NCBI GenBank assembly: GCA_000934665.2
Contig: JYFJ02000044.1
Location: forward strand, 124,001 to 188,000
Direction: 5' to 3'
From: Catajapyx aquilonaris
Lineage: Eukaryota
Length of the DNA: 64,000 bases
Positions 52,243-63,900 of this stretch are shown one piece after another; position 1 is the first letter of the stretch; each line of letters starts with the position of its first letter. The notes below the pieces were generated by a model. The model saw nothing but the letters and a program-made list of their open reading frames with translations. It did not search any database and was not told the DNA's origin. Both the position numbers and the translations under genes were made by a program.

Positions 52243-55200
52243 TGGTAAATCGGCGGGCCATCTCAATAACGTTGTTTCATTGTCACTGTCATACTGATTT
52301 GCAAAATTTTGGCAACGTGTTCACTAGTGTTCTGTATAATCTGCACACAAAGAGGGCCAGGTCGTGACTTAAGGCGATTGACTTCCAACATTCCTTGTGT
52401 TGACACTGTTGAGCTAGAGCAAGCAGTTCCCTTTGGCAGAAAAGTGTTTTTAAGTATAAAAAGAAGAGAGAAGGGGGGATACATAATACACCCTATTGGC
52501 TCCAGGGCTCTTTGTTGGCCCTTTGTCTGGCAGAAAAGGGACAATCGACCCTTCCTATTCTTTATACCGATCGTTTTGCCAGCACAAAGAGGTGGGCCGG
52601 AGGAGCCAAAGTTTGACGAGGTGAACCCCTCACAGTTATCTCTCTTAAACGACATGCAACTGTAATAGAGTTTGGGGGGGTGTCAAGGCGCTTTATCGCC
52701 CGCCCAACTTGAAGAGGCCACTCTTGGAAGGAAACCTTGTCTGCCAATCGCCTTCGAAAAGTGATAAAAAGTATTGCCTTTTTTGGAACCCTGCTCCTTC
52801 AGAAATTGCTCCTTTATCGGAGGCGTATTGTTTGAGGTCACCTTGGCTCTGGGTCAACGATTCAAACCCAATTGATTTCAACTCGGTGGGCTTTAGGTGC
52901 TGCTGCAACACTTGCTGCAGTGCAGCTCTGGTGATCTGACGGGTGCAGCCAGGAAGGAAAACCGCCAGTGACTATCCAGCGTGAGGAAATGAGCTAGGGC
53001 TTAGGAGACTGGAAGCAAAAGTTTGGACAGTGGTTGCGTGCGTTGAATCGTGACACGAGCCGGAGATGGCCAACTTTTGTCTCAAAACCGCTCCAGCTCT
53101 GGGATTATCATCGTTGATGCACACCTCTGCCGGATGCTGCACCTAGCGTCTTCTCCTAATGCCAGAGAAAGCCTTTATTAGCAGCTCTAAATAATGCCCA
53201 TCAGTTGTGAAGCATCTAAGCAAAAGGACACCTGATGCATGAAACTGAGATATTATTAATGAAAGTGTCGTATTAGACTTAAATATGGCTGCAGATGTTG
53301 AAGAATTAAACTATTCATCAAAATATTAATTTCTCATTTATCAGTCAACCAACTCTTTCATGAACTTATCTATATTCATTTTCGCGATGTATCGATATTC
53401 ATGCAGGTTACGTCCTGAGCCGTGATTGGCTCCTAACTCCTTCACACAGTCAGAATATAGATACAGAAACAGTGTTCTATTTCCTACAATGAATGAGGTG
53501 GACTGCATGTAACATACGATTTTTTTTTCTGAATTGTTGCCCTTTTGTTCCACATTTTGGCTCTAGGTCCACTTGGGCAATTGCACAGTGCACATTTTTT
53601 AAACCCCCGGAGCTCGAAATGGATATCATCAATTGCAGCCCCCCAGTTTTTATCTGGGACATTCCGTTTGGCGGGATGGGGGCTACATGAGAACAATGTT
53701 AAACACCTCCATTTCAGGTTTGCGTTACTTTTAGAGCTGCGTATTGTATGGCCGTGGCGCGATATGAACTGACTGAATGCGCATGAATTGACGGCCGGCA
53801 CAATATGATGCACAAGGGACATGAACACCAGGGTTTACACACACAAAAAAGTGGGGGGTGACGGGGAATAATTTCAAAGCCTACAAATGGCTACCTAGGG
53901 TTAGCCATTCATAATTCATCGTAGCACTCGTTTAACAATATTAATTGCATTAATTTCACTGAATCAAAGTTACGGGTTTGATTTTCAGCCGGTAACTCCA
54001 GCACTGTTAATTACCACAAGGGTAATAAATGTCAGACCTGTCACATTTTTTTGCATATATGCGCGTCTATTTTTTTCTCTAAAGCTGCGTGACGTTAATT
54101 ATGAAACCGACTGGGTCTGACTTGATTAGAGCCTGCATGTGTGTGAATAATAATAGAATCACCCTGTTTACGATGCCACCTTTGGACGAAGCAAGTGCCA
54201 ATTGAGGGCCAGTTGTGGGGCCCTCCGGTTTCGGCCGATTAAATTCGACTACAAATTCAAAGCAAGTGCGGTCTGCCTGCATGCCAAGTGGACGTGTGAA
54301 GCTTGTAGCACTGCCCATTAGCGGAATTGGTTTTGTGGCGACCAATGCTCAACTACATGATCACACCCTTCATTTGGCGGTATACGTTTGCGTTGGAGAG
54401 AAACGGAAACTTGGGCGGAAAAGTTGCAGAAGTGATCACTGACCTGTCAGTGGTTGGAAAGCTTGGTTATTAAATCCTAGTTTACGAGCCTTCCCACACT
54501 TGCATTGTGATCTTTTACGTGGCAACATCCGGAAATCCCTAAAAAGAGGATCAATCTGATCCACTCTACGCACTTAGAGGGCTTTCTTTGGATTTCCATT
54601 GGAAATGAGACCAAATGGCACCCTTTTTTTTGAAAGTCCGCATTGCCGCCTTTTGTGTAGCTGCCTGGTGTTTTACGACTTGCTGGAAAAGTCACTGGCC
54701 TCACCTAACATTTGCATTGTCAAGTTGACAGGTCGACGCGACACCAAAGAGACTGTGGAGAATGACAGTCTGCAGGGAAATCTTCTGTGACAGAACAATT
54801 TGTTGTCTTGACGATTGGCAGGGGTCAGATGTGTACCCACCAAAGAATTTACAACAATTTGCAAGTTTGGACAACAATCAGATCACTGTTCTTGTCGGGC
54901 TGTACTTTGCTTTAACCGCCATTTTTTGCGCATACATCACATATTTACCCATCACTATGTATCTACAATCTAAGCGACATAACCTGGACCATCAAGCAGT
55001 ACGCCCTCCTTATATTTTTCATCCAATGAGCCCTCAATGCCATCCAAAAGTACAGCAAAGGGAATTAAGATAACAAAGCACTGCCCTCTGCTATATGAAC
55101 TAGTCTACTACGCGGCAATAAATTATTCAGCATGGACGTCCCGGGCAATGTTTCCTACCTTACCGCGACTGTACGTCCCCGATATTATAGGCCCATATCC

Positions 55201-55752
55201 ATATACCCTCCGCCGACATTTTCGGCGCATTGTGCACGGTTTATGCCAGTATAAAGTAAAGCTTGTGAATATCGTTCTGAAACGCACGCTCTCCAGGCAC
55301 ATAATATGCATGATCCTCCAAAGGGCGGCGGATTCTGCTCCCAAATATATTCTACATACTAATCCTCTATATTTTGTATGTGGGGTGCATTCAGAGATAA
55401 GCGCATTTTATAAATGAGCCCAATCGACAGTTTTGACCGCAAGTGGAACTGTGGCTGGAATATCCGGAAAATAGGGAACGAAAGGCAGGGAGTGTGAAAC
55501 GGCTCCCAGAATGTGCAATGAAAGAAAATAACCCCCCCTACGCTTTACGACTAGGCCCAAGGATAAGAGCATCTGAACAAGCTTTACGACCCTTCCTTTT
55601 ACTTGTCTCTACCACACCCAACCAAGAAGAAAGACGCTCAGCACCTTTAAGAGGAAAATATTGTATTTTATTCTCTCGACCCCTGCTCCTTTTAACGCCT
55701 ACGTGGATCCATGCACCGTACTAAAAAATTAATGTATTGTGCAGGTACGTAC

Positions 55753-55886
55753 CTCATACACAGCTCCAAGGGGCATGACGAGACAGGCCACCATGAGATC
55801 CGCCACAGCCAAGGAGACTATCAGATAGTTGGCCACGCTTTGCAAGTTGCGTTCCATCAAAATGGCCGCAATTACAAACACGTTCC
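55753..55886 (-). CDS. 5-HT1A: 5-HT1 receptor gene 2, coding exon 3 (end of TM1, ICL1, TM2)
   Basis: Acceptor tttgttcatttcag|GG (phase 1). Reads (G)[44 protein letters not shown]. Donor GAG|gtacgt (phase 0). Absent from the ORF track. Confidence 0.95.
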
Positions 55887-56011
55887 CTGAAATGAACAAA
55901 AATGCCAAACTTATAATTTGGAATGTCGGAGTAAATATTTTTTGGAAGGACGTAATCGGAGACCGAATGTGGCAGGGGTAGGGGAACGCTGCACCAACCT
56001 ACCCGATGACC

Positions 56012-56076
56012 TATCCTTCCTTTCCGGCGGATACATGCTATCCTTCAGTGGATACACATGTATCCTTCAGCGGATA
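56012..56076. repeat. Three tandem ~22-27-bp units tatccttc...ggata, each self-complementary at its ends
   Basis: tatccttcctttccggcggata / tatccttcagtggata / tatccttcagcggata, starting at 56012, 56039 and 56061. Confidence 0.7.
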
Positions 56077-56556
56077 AACGCCTAGGAGAGTAGGTAAAAG
56101 TGCGGGGTCTTCCGATACGAAAGCGTAGCCTATTTTTTGAAAAATATTCTTTGGGACGATGCGACCGTGGGGAAAGGGACGGAGGCCTCTGCCCTTTTCA
56201 CCCTTCACTTGTGTGAGAGATTTTGATAGGACAGGCTATGAATTTTAATACCGGAGAAGACTAGGATGGGAAGTGAGTTCAGGTAGTATAGGGAGATATG
56301 GTATGGCGGGGGAAGGGAAGGAGGGAAAATGTGCTGGAGGAGAGTGGATCCACGTTCATTATCTTTGAAAGCCGAGTTCCTCCTGATTCTGCCAATTTTG
56401 TGAGCGGAAACTTTACAGGAGGAACTTGTAGGCGGGCCAATTGCCTTATTTTGTGCCTTGTTTTTGTTCCATGTTTTTCTATGCTGAGGGGGGTGCAGTT
56501 TTACCTAAAATAAAGTGTCTGTTGTAGAGAAGTAAAATCTGAAGGTGCATGTAGGC

Positions 56557-56557
<1 letters not shown>

Positions 56558-56614
<57 letters not shown>
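56558..56614. repeat. (ATT)19 microsatellite
   Basis: Direct reading; lies in intron 2 of gene 2. Confidence 0.95.
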
Positions 56615-56616
<2 letters not shown>

Positions 56617-56990
56617 AGTACCGTATGCAGAAAATAGTTGTGTTAAGCTGCTACAGGGCTAATGAAGAGCTCATAGTTGAGCTATTTTAGGGATTTTGTT
56701 GCATAATGCGATTCATATTTCAAGCATTTCTGCATGTTTTAGCATTATGAATGTTTTAATCGTGACGTGCAATTCTTGAGTAAGTGTTTTTGCGGATGCT
56801 GTACATTGTTTAAGCCATTTAAGGTTACGGAGCGGAGATATTATTAGTTCGTTTGGGATACAGTTGCGACGTGGTAAAAAGTGTGGTTGAAAACGAGTTA
56901 TTCTAGTAAACGCTACAAAAATATTTGCCGTATTATTTATGACAGCAAAAGGCCGCTACACATACTGTGGAGCAATCAAGTTGAACCACG

Positions 56991-57076
56991 TGGTTTTTCT
57001 GATTGTTCGCCATTTAATGGCGAACAATCAGAAAAACCAGAAAAAATTATGGACAACTTTTGTCCATAATTTTTTC
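56991..57076. repeat. Two abutting perfect inverted repeats (24-bp arms with 1-nt spacer; 17-bp arms with 3-nt spacer)
   Basis: tggtttttctgattgttcgccatt-t-aatggcgaacaatcagaaaaacca (56991-57039), then gaaaaaattatggacaa-ctt-ttgtccataattttttc (57040-57076). Confidence 0.92.
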
Positions 57077-57179
57077 GAATTGTCCTTGTTGATTTTGTGA
57101 GGTTCCCTATCAATAATTAGATAATCCCTTGTGTGTGTGAATGGGCCTTGGCTTGCATCATAATATATTTAGAACCTAC

Positions 57180-57355
57180 CAATGACTGTGGCGAGAATCA
57201 TGAGGCCTAGGACCACCGACGTCAGGCCCATGACAAGCCAGTCGGTGTTCGGTTCCAGCCAGGTGCCGTTGCCAGACGTTCCATTGGCCAAGGACTCGTT
57301 GCACAAACCAGCAACTGCCAAGGATCCGTTGCACGCCAGCAGATCCCAAGCAGAG
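57180..57355 (-). CDS. 5-HT1A: 5-HT1 receptor gene 2, coding exon 2 (extracellular N-terminus and TM1)
   Basis: Long pyrimidine tract tttttttccccctccag|C. Reads SAWDLLACNGSLAVAGLCNESLANGTSGNGTWLEPNTDWLVMGLTSVVLGLMILATVI(G), with four N-x-S/T sequons followed by a hydrophobic TM1. Donor ATTG|gtaggt (phase 1) matches exon 3. Confidence 0.92.
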
Positions 57356-57713
57356 CTGGAGGGGGAAAAAAATGAAGAGAAAAATCATCATTTTTTCAAA
57401 ATGCCATTGACCCGCGATCTCAGGAAGAAGCGAACGCGTGTTTCAAATCAATTCGAAATAGCATGGTGAGCTATATGGGTGCGGAAACAGGAACACAATC
57501 GTGAAAGTATCTTGGGAATCATTTATCTTTTCTCCTAGAAGCTCTCCAGGGAGCCCTAAGACAAGTTTCTTACTCTCCTTCTTTTTTTTCCTCCCACTGT
57601 TTTTTTCCCCTTTTCCTGCCTTCTCGTTTATCACTATTTAATCTGACCAAAAAGTCCTTGCACATGCAATTATTTAGCGTTCTAACCATTAATCAGTTTC
57701 GATTTCATCTCAC

Positions 57714-57751
57714 CTGAAGGAGACATTGTCCAACTGCAGCGTAATGTCCAT
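57714..57751 (-). CDS. 5-HT1A: 5-HT1 receptor gene 2, first coding exon (MDITLQLDNVSF-S)
   Basis: Kozak-like gccATGg, 12 codons plus AG, then donor CAG|gtgaga. Phase 2 exactly matches exon 2, whose frame is closed by a TGA just inside the intron. Adds an NVS sequon. An acceptor tctttacag| before 57803 suggests the exon is 57803-57714, preceded by a further non-coding exon. Confidence 0.8.
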
Positions 57752-60555
57752 GGCAAGCAGCGGGACCCCATCTAATCACGTCGCACGAAAATGTCCGGGC
57801 TTCCTGTAAAGAATTCAAGTTTTTCATTAGAAAATTGGTTCATTTTTTAAAAATTCATATATTATATCCTTGTTCTTTTGGTAGCCAGTTCTTCAGATGT
57901 GCAACGGTGCCTGTCAAAAAAAGGAAACCGGTACTTTTTTTTCCTAGACTCATTTCCCTTTTGCGCCTCTGCTCATTCCACGCTCAGAGAGTGTATTGCA
58001 ATTGCTCTCGAGTTTGTAATTTGGGAGCCATTTTCCCAAACGGCTCTCTGCGGCGTCCCACTTGCATGTGCATCCACAGAGAGACAGAAAAAAAAGATGG
58101 GCGAAAAAATATATATATCAAGAAGAAGAAAGTCTTCTAGTTCTCTGGGACCGGAACAATTTTTTCCGGGTTTCCGGACTTAATCCGTCACAAAGAGAAC
58201 TAATCAGGCGTTTCTACACAAAAGGCCATCACAGTTTGCCAAGCAGCTGGAAAAACTTTCATCCGACGCCCAAGATTAACCTGTCCTCCAAGTCCAAACT
58301 TCCCAAAGGGGGGTGAGGAAAAGGAGAAAAGGAGTCAAAATCTGAGAAATATTAACGAGCCGAAGCTTTTTGGGACAAAAAGTAATTTTTTTTAATGTTG
58401 AGACTTGAGGGAGTACGTGAAGTAAAATGGTTCGAAACTGTGTTTTTCACTTGGAAATGAATACAAGCAAGTGCAGACGGGGTAATTTATCGTCTTCGGC
58501 TTCAAAGGCTGATTTCGTACAGTGTTAGGCTTGGAAGGAAAGGAAACGATGCGATAAATCATCCGATTTCAAATCATTTTCTGTTGGAGGATATATTTTT
58601 TTTTATATCCAGAGAGTCTGGAATTGGATGGTTAGATGGAACCCACTATGTTTTACTGGAAAAGGTTGTTGCGGGCACGAATTAAGTTCGCCCCTAATGT
58701 GAGCCTTGGCTTGGAGGGAATTTCATTCCCAGTTCACACCTAATGTGAATATAATACTGCGGTGTTGAGCCCAGGGCGGTTACAATTTTCTAGGAATATA
58801 TTGCAGTACAGTGTCTAGGTAATACTGCAGACCAGTTCACTGTATATAATGACATCTGTGAAAACTAGAGTGCATATTGCCAACGGATTTGTAACGAGCA
58901 TCTACAGTCTAGTGACACCCGGTTGATAAATGGCGGCTCTTCCGTCCCCCTCCCTAAACCCAACACCAGCAGAGCCCCCTACCATTAGTTTTGCCAGACT
59001 GAAATTTCCACCTCTCTCTTGTCATTGGCTTGTTTGGCTGTTGAAATGGGCTTGTTGGGACTACCCCCATTTTTCCGCAATGCTAATTAGACTTCCTGCC
59101 CTTCCTCCTCTCTGCGTTTTTTAACCGTAGTAGTTACCAGCAAATGGGGGGTATCGGCCTAATAAAGGTGCCAGCCACTAATGAGAGGGGTCACAATCGA
59201 GTTGGCTTGATTGGGTCGAGGCCACTGCAAGTATCAATGACCGCAATTATGATTGCTAGAGCCGGAATTAACCAGAACTGATTTAATGGTTCCATTAATT
59301 TTTTTTAGAAAATGGAACGTTCCTTACACCTACTGCAGACTAGCAACGTGCCACATTTTCCCAAGGAGCAGCAGTGGTGCAAGACGAATCCCTGTTGGTC
59401 TGGTAAAGGACAAGTTGGACGAGTAACAAGGTTAGTCTAAGGTGGGAGAAATGGAGAGATTAAGCTTGGTTTTGGAGGAGGAGGAATTGGGTTAGTTGGA
59501 GGCTGGGTCACATCAGTCAGCGTCTCAGCTCGACTTGTCGCCTCAGCTCCGATCTAGTCATACACACGTTCAAGCAAAACCGTGCCTCCCTAAAAAAAAA
59601 CATGGACGAGATGGATTGCTCCTCCATTTTCTATCTTTACTATGCTCAGGTGCAGTGACAAACGCAGAGGATTATCCGACCTGAAGGATAGTTATTCGGC
59701 TCATTACCTTTCCCCATGGCAAGTTGGCCGGAGTCAACCTGGAGTCGTTTCGCCTAATTAATAAACGGGCCAATAATTCCTTAGGCGACTAATCCGCATA
59801 GCTGCAAAAGGTGCAAATTTGCTTTGTTTTACCATTTGAAACTGGTCCCTAAGGAAATACTATATATCTTTCAGGACCTCTGCAGCGCCTTCCAATTTTA
59901 GGGGTGTTCCCACAGGCTGGTCCTCCAATGTGGTGTAAATGATGTGATAAATATACATAAGGCACTCTGGGTATGTAGCCTGGAGCTCCAGAAAAAAAAA
60001 TGTAGCTCGATGCTATCAGGCACCGTAATCACAACCGGTGTAAAATGGACAACCAACGCGTCACTTTCTGCTCGCCCCACAAAATCCGCCCGACCAGACA
60101 AAGTGTGACAAACAGTCGTTTTTTTTTTGAGTCGGCTTGAAAACATTGTGCACCCCCCTGGCTTTGCTCTAATTAGGAAATAATAATTAGAGTCCTGATC
60201 CTGAGGGTAGCCCCCAACTAATGCAGCTTTATGATGAGGCCAAACGCGGTGGGCCCCGACCCAACACGCACTCGGGAATGCAATTAAGGGATGTACCCAG
60301 ATACGGACTAATTCCTTTACGGATGGACGCCTCGCAGCTTTAAATAGTGGGAAGCTTGTTTCATTATAACACTCTATGTAACACCTGTCGCATACCCGAT
60401 TACACCCGATTCTCACCTGGTATAGTACAGGTGAACAAATGTGTGTGGGATGTTCTCATAACGCTTTAATCAGTTTAATGTGTGGAAAAATTACACACTC
60501 ACGCATGATTTACACATCCATTAAAATTTCAACCCATGACTGAATTTATTTTAAA

Positions 60556-60910
60556 TTTTTTAAAGACTTTCTCTCTACAAACAAAAGTCTTATAGAAGGG
60601 CTGTCTGTCTGTTTGTGGACAGGTATCAAGGCCTAAACAGCGAGAGATATCGACAAACTGTTTTTGGATTTGGATTCAGCGGACTCGAAATAGGTTACAT
60701 GGTCAACTTCAGGTGACCAGCCACTTCCGGTTTCCGGGTTCACTCTTGTCATCCAAGGTCAAGTCTCATGCTTTAGAAATGATTTTTCTTAGGTTGACAA
60801 CGAGAAATGAGTCTGACAAGATTCCATGTCATTGTTATCCAATTTTAATTTCCTTGGCCATGAGAAAAAGTATACTCGAATCACGCTCGCGTGATTTGCC
60901 AATCTTGTTT
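60556..60910 (+). mobile_element. DINE-1/HINE-like non-autonomous Helentron-type element, ~350 bp
   Basis: Begins in a T run, then aagacttt...aaagtctt (5' stem-loop, 60563-60591) and a ctgtctgtctgtttgt microsatellite (60601-60616). The 3' end has a degenerate sub-terminal inverted repeat (gagaaaaagt, ~60862), the stem-loop aatcacgc-tc-gcgtgatt (60879-60896) and a tcttgttt end. This order of parts matches DINE-1/HINE. Confidence 0.6.
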
Positions 60911-63900
60911 AAATGCACAAATGACAAAACAAGATTCTAGGCATAATTATTTGGATTAACCAGCTGTTTTTGGATACACCTTGATCATGTGTAATGTAAA
61001 ACTTGCTTATGTTCAGAACCCCCTAACAGTGTTGCAAACAGCTCCGCTTAACATGCAAATAACATATTGCAACAAGATTAGGTCGGAATCGGTTTAATGC
61101 GGCGACAGGGTTCCATACAAGATGTGATTTGGTCGTTTAGCTCTTCCCATCTGTGATTAGCTGTGATAGGTAAAGTTTGCCGGTGTCATTTAGACTCACG
61201 TTTATGACTCGATTTGCGCCGCGTTGCTTATTGGCCTGGATTAATCCGCGGATTTATGTGACCCAAATATGATTATTTTCGTCGGGGACACACTGTGCGA
61301 GAGCGCCAGACCGGAATTTCCGGATTTAGACGCACCGATTGTTTTTCTCTATTTCCATAATCAATTACTTGTACACTTTGAGGTAATAGCGACGTGTCTG
61401 GAATGTGTTATGAACTATAGCCGTAATTTTTTATACGAAACTGTTCTGGTGATTAATTTTGAAACACTGTGAGTTTTGGAAAATTGTGTCTAGAATTAAT
61501 TACTCAACACCGAGCGTACAATTACCAAGACAAATATTGCCTTTGAATAAATGTAGGAGCTTGATTGATTCAACGTATGCAAAGAGCTGTGTTGCTATAT
61601 ACGTCGACTTTCACGGTACTTAATTGTCGCAAGCAATTTGGCATGCAGCCATCTTAAGATGTTCTGTTCAGTTTTACAGGAGAATCGCCTTGATAAACTG
61701 TCTCCCAAGTTACAGAAGGCGGTAACTTGAAAGGGTCATAAACATTGGTCATTAAACTTCGATTCGACGTATAAAATTGTAATGAATTTTCGTGCCTAAA
61801 ATCTTGGTTCGGATCCAATTAAAAGACAGGTAGACCAAACGGCACAAAGGCCATAAAGTTCGTACCGAAACCGACACATACCGGTACCCTCGATAAATAA
61901 ATTATGCATCAACTTCCCAACAGGCACGTAATTTAGCCAAGTTACACTTACGTCTTCCACGCATACTCTGGTTTATTTACGAAATTGTGTACTCGGCATA
62001 GTGCAAGCCGGTTTTCGCTCCGATGCTCCTGGCCTTTTGTTAAATTAGGGAAACGTTTCTCTTTTGCAGCCTCCTCGACTGCTGCAGAAGGCCGAGAGAG
62101 CGTGCCTTGCTCTATTCGCAACCAGGCAACTTGCCTCTATTAGATTACGCAACGTGTCTCAAATTTAAGACTGAGGTTTCCCCACAAACGCTGTTCGAGT
62201 CTACCTCCCTTTTTGCTGCGGAAAAATTGTAGGGTGTACCGCAATAATTCAACTCAGTAACTGCATAGTACAGTGTACAATTTGCTGAAAAATCCAATCA
62301 AAAATTTACTAGGACAGTGCACCAACGTACATTTACAGCCAGTTAATTGCGCTTTGGAATGCGCTTTCTGTACTAGCATCCGGCCCTGTCGTAATGTGAA
62401 TCGACACCACCCGGAACAGTTTACGTAACCGTTAGCTTTGTTGGCCAAAACTTTGCGGAAATTAAGGGGGTTGGAAACTCATCAAACTGAAACGCTAAGA
62501 GTTTAAAACTTTATGTTTTTTTTTCCTTTTGGACAGCTGGAGCAAAGTTGTCAGCTACGTCTCCTCCTCCACCAATTCCGTCTTACAATTTAATCAATCC
62601 TGCATTTTTATTCCTCCAAATAAGACGGTGAATGAATTATCCAGATTCACTGCTGCGAAAATTCAATTAGATTCAGGACACGGTTGCGGTTCTTCACTGC
62701 TACAATCGGATGAAGGAACTCTGATTTCTGCACCAGTAATTTTCTTGCCGGACTTTTTTTTTCTCTTTACCGTTCCTTGAATTCTCAAGAGGCCTAGTAT
62801 TTGAACGTTATTGGAAGACGCCATGCTGCGATTTGCATTGCTCATTTTTTAAACTAATATCAGCCAACCATATTGCAGGTATGTTTATATCAACAATTCA
62901 TACTAAAGATATTTTTTTTCCAGAGCTTTTTAGCCAAAGCTGCTCCAGCATGTATGATTAACATTTGCAATTGCAGAAACGTAAGCACACCAAAAATTAT
63001 GAACGGTTTTTCCTCGCTGTTTTTAATCCCAGTAATAGTTGCAGGTGACAAACGGCGAACGTCCCTAACGCTTATGGTTATAGGCTACTCCGAGTCATCC
63101 CAACTTTTAAAGCTCTTTACGTCGCTTCATAATCCTGCACATCAAGGGATAAACCCTGGGAACAAGCCAGAATGGTCCTTGGATCAACGCAGCTGCGGCG
63201 CTTTTTTGTAGGTTCCGAAAAGGAAAAGATGGCTTATCTTTCATATAAATTGCACAGTCACCTGCTAAGCACTTACCGCTTCTTGCTATTCAGCTTTCCG
63301 GACTCTCGCTGGACGGGCAGTATAACCCTGAAAAGACAGAAGACATTGGTTTTATTACTGATTTTTAGATCTTTACACATGTCACGGGCCGTCACATTAG
63401 CTTAACCTCCAGTCACGGTCAGTCACGCTACCTTTCATTTCCTACCAGTATGAAGCACTTTACGGACAACCACAAATTACTAATTTCGTATACAGCATGT
63501 CCAGGTTGCAAAACCGCGAAGAAAAGTTTGTCTAACCACAGTATGTCGCTAACTCAAACTTTTTTCCCCCTATACGTATACTAGCGGCTTTAGTTGACGT
63601 CCGGCCGATGATAAACTGCCCGTTGCACTGACCAAACAGGGCACATGCTGCGGGAAGGTCGTGTCACAAGCACATGCCTCATTTCGCGGCCTAATTGTAC
63701 TGTGCGTATGTGGATAGTCAGTACGAGTATTTTTTTTCCAGAGTTTGCGTCCAGCGGCGATTCTTATTGGAGCGGAAAGGATCCGGAAACTCGTTTACAA
63801 CTGTGGGTTTATGTCACGCCTGTTAGGAAAAAAGTTGGGTAAATGATTGCAACTAGTGGGCGTGAGAATGACTCAATATTTGATTTGGAGGACTCACAAA

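Larger units (their letters stand above)
30013..57751 (-). other. 5-HT1A: Gene 2 span: 5-HT1-class serotonin receptor (5-HT1A-like), complete CDS, 6 coding exons, 431 aa
   Basis: Exon lengths 38+176+134+110+404+434 = 1296 nt. All introns are GT-AG with phases 2,1,0,2,1, and the spliced frame is open. The TM4-TM5 stretch VSLAPQFGWKDP..L.RI.QQKCMVSQD.SYQ.FATC.TFYVP closely resembles Drosophila 5-HT1A as I recall it. Confidence 0.88.

Noticed and set aside
62066..62112. gcctcctcgac, resembling the HDV ribozyme P3/L3; also several CTGANGA hammerhead-like cores elsewhere
   Set aside because: P3 is mismatched and no P1/P2 pairing was found. None of the CTGANGA words I checked is followed by a stem II plus GAAA.
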